NCBI GenBank assembly: GCA_045536965.1
Contig: JAZSON010000012.1
Coordinates: 147,889-211,888 of the forward strand
DNA from: Eubacteriales bacterium
GTDB taxonomy: Bacteria; Bacillota; Clostridia; Oscillospirales; SIG627
Length of the DNA: 64,000 bases
Direction of reading: 5' to 3'
Position numbers and translations under genes: made by a program. The notes beneath the pieces were generated by a model that made no database searches, had not been told where the DNA came from, and worked only from the letters and a program-made list of their open reading frames with translations. Below are positions 62,362 to 64,000 of this stretch, one piece after another (within the stretch, counting starts at the first letter, position 1; each line of letters begins with the position of its first letter).

Positions 62362-63285
62362 TCAGTCAAAATATTTTCTTTTTGCTTCATTCAACTCTAC
62401 AATAAACTGCTTATCCAGCGCCGTCATTTTATATCCTCTGCGGTAGATCAAAACATCCTTGTAGACCTTTTTGTTGTCCGCGCATTTTCTTTGGACAAGA
62501 CCGTATCTGTCCAATGTTTTTTGGGATGCGGGAGACACCCACATAAAGGTGTCGGCGTTTTCGGCCAAAAGGTTTAGTTGGCTGGCGCGCTCGTAAATAA
62601 AAATCCGCCGATTGACATTGTTCGGAAGGGTTTCTTTTACAACCTTTGATTGGGGAAGGGAGGGCACATACGGGTCGGCATGAGCAATCTCAATATAAGA
62701 AGAAATATCCTCGAAGGTCACCGTTTCTTTCGAAGCGAGAGGGTTATGCTTGCTCATAATCAAAAGATAGTGAAACTCTGAAATCATTTCATGCTCAAGA
62801 TCCTTCTCCTGAAACATCGCCTTGAAAAACTTGTCATAATTTTCGGCATAGCGAATAACGCCAAGCTTGCAATCGTTGTTCAAAACATTGTTGATCGTCC
62901 GCCCTGAATTGGTTTCCTCATAAAAGATTTCCGCGGGGTCGTCACTCAAGCACTTGGAAAACTCGACAAAGGCATCCGAAATATAGCAAGCGCGGGGGAC
63001 GGAAACGGCAAACTTCTGCTTTTGCCGCGAGGTGTGCTTATAAAGCTGCTCCACCTCATCGATCTGTTTTAAAATATCTTGTGCATACCCGATAAATTCA
63101 GCGCCATCCGGTGTAAGCTCCATTCCTTTGGCACTGCGCGTAAAAATGGAAATACCCAGATCTGCTTCCAGTTCTTTGATCGAACGGCTGATATTCGGCT
63201 GTGCGATCAAAAGAGCATCCGCGGCTTTGTTCAACGATCCCAACCGCGCAACCTCGACCGCGTATTTCATGTGCAGTATATTCAT
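62362..63285 (-). CDS. LysR-family transcriptional regulator
   Basis: MNILHMKYAVEVARLGSLNKAADALLIAQPNISRSIKELEADLGISIFTRSAKGMELT. Confidence 0.85.
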   Translation of the reverse strand: MNILHMKYAVEVARLGSLNKAADALLIAQPNISRSIKELEADLGISIFTRSAKGMELTPDGAEFIGYAQDILKQIDEVEQLYKHTSRQKQKFAVSVPRACYISDAFVEFSKCLSDDPAEIFYEETNSGRTINNVLNNDCKLGVIRYAENYDKFFKAMFQEKDLEHEMISEFHYLLIMSKHNPLASKETVTFEDISSYIEIAHADPYVPSLPQSKVVKETLPNNVNRRIFIYERASQLNLLAENADTFMWVSPASQKTLDRYGLVQRKCADNKKVYKDVLIYRRGYKMTALDKQFIVELNEAKRKYFD

Positions 63286-63413
63286 AAATGTCTCCCTTTT
63301 CCGTAGGCGGCATTTTCAAATCCGCAAAATCGATCATCTTTATCATACCGCAAATCCAAATAGAAATCAAGGGGTTCGCTGTATTTATATACCATCCAAA
63401 ACAGGGTTTTTGG

Positions 63414-63450
63414 CAAAAAAAGACCGCCTCTGTTAAAGAAGCGGTCTTTT
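63414..63450 (-). terminator. Rho-independent terminator of the gltD/nfnB-like gene
   Basis: The minus strand reads AAAGACCGCttctttaacagagGCGGTCTTTttttgcc. Confidence 0.75.
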
Positions 63451-63459
63451 GCAATGCTT

Positions 63460-64000
63460 TTATTTGGAAAGCGCCTCGTCGATGGCTTTGGCTGCGGTTT
63501 TGCCAGCACCCATAGCAGAAATAACGGTCGCTGCGCCAGTGACGGCATCGCCGCCCGCGTACACGGCATCGCGGGAAGTAAGGCCATCTTCGTTGACAAC
63601 AATACCGCCCCAACGGTTTACCTCAAGGCCCTTGGTCGTAGACTTGATCAACGGGTTGGGCGAGGTACCGATGGACATGACAACGGTATCGACATCAATG
63701 GTAAACTCGCTGCCTTCAATGACAACGGGACGGCGTCTTCCCTTTTCGTCGGGTTCGCCAAGTTCCATTTTCACACAGGTCATACCTGTTACAAAACCGT
63801 TCTTGGGATCTCTGGGATCGTCGGGGTTCTTGTATCCGTGAATCTCAACGGGGTTGCAAAGCAGGCAAAATTCGATACCCTCTTCTTCTGCGTGCTCAAC
63901 CTCTTCGCGTCTTGCGGGAAGTTCTTCCATAGAGCGACGGTACACGATGTATACTTTATCTGCGCCGAGACGGAGAGCGGTTCTCGCGGCATCCATTGCC
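63460..64000 (-). CDS. NAD(P)H-dependent FAD oxidoreductase, GltD/NfnB/SudA family (C-terminal part; gene runs off the window)
   Basis: DAARTALRLGA..VYIVYRR...AGGDAVTGAATVISAMGAGKTAAKAIDEAL. The ORF is open to the window edge. Confidence 0.8.
   Translation of the reverse strand, partial: AMDAARTALRLGADKVYIVYRRSMEELPARREEVEHAEEEGIEFCLLCNPVEIHGYKNPDDPRDPKNGFVTGMTCVKMELGEPDEKGRRRPVVIEGSEFTIDVDTVVMSIGTSPNPLIKSTTKGLEVNRWGGIVVNEDGLTSRDAVYAGGDAVTGAATVISAMGAGKTAAKAIDEALSK

Overview
64 kb chromosomal window of about 50% GC. Gene content points to a spore-forming Clostridia-type Firmicute (spmAB, whiA, Rex plus trimeric [FeFe]-hydrogenase, AbrB-like regulator); this taxonomic placement is inference only. 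Most of the window is housekeeping: rpsT, rnhA, trmK, tatD-metG-nagA, aconitase, whiA, cysE, nusB-xseAB, one tRNA-Pro. I found no rRNA, CRISPR array, transposase, integrase or phage genes.

Three things stand out.

(1) A two-locus cassette family at 12.0-14.4 kb and 29.4-35.3 kb. Both loci begin with the same ~170-bp leader. The second locus encodes a 1193-aa Sec-secreted mosaic protein (DNRLRE-like, PPC-like, ricin-lectin, then a low-GC C-terminal domain with a His...Cys pattern like clan-CD peptidases), followed by two tandem polytopic membrane proteins. The first locus keeps only a 21-codon stump of the big gene plus two more membrane paralogs. The four paralogs share an amino-acid-identical C-terminal TM module that differs only at synonymous sites. 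Their extracytoplasmic segments are hypervariable and low in GC. I do not recognise a characterised function for this family.

(2) A tightly packed 12-gene minus-strand operon at 43.9-56.4 kb. It joins malate dehydrogenase, class II fumarase, HdrBCA, an MvhD/FlxDCBA-like module, a soluble FrdAB-like fumarate reductase and an AAE-family (SucE-like) permease. It lies next to Rex-HydABC. This predicts an Hdr/Flx-coupled, possibly electron-bifurcating, fumarate reductase pathway.

(3) Decay and pseudo-enzyme signals: an AGCS symporter gene split by two compensating frameshifts, the first inside a perfect 14-bp inverted repeat, and a P-type ATPase homolog lacking the DKTGT phospho-aspartate motif.
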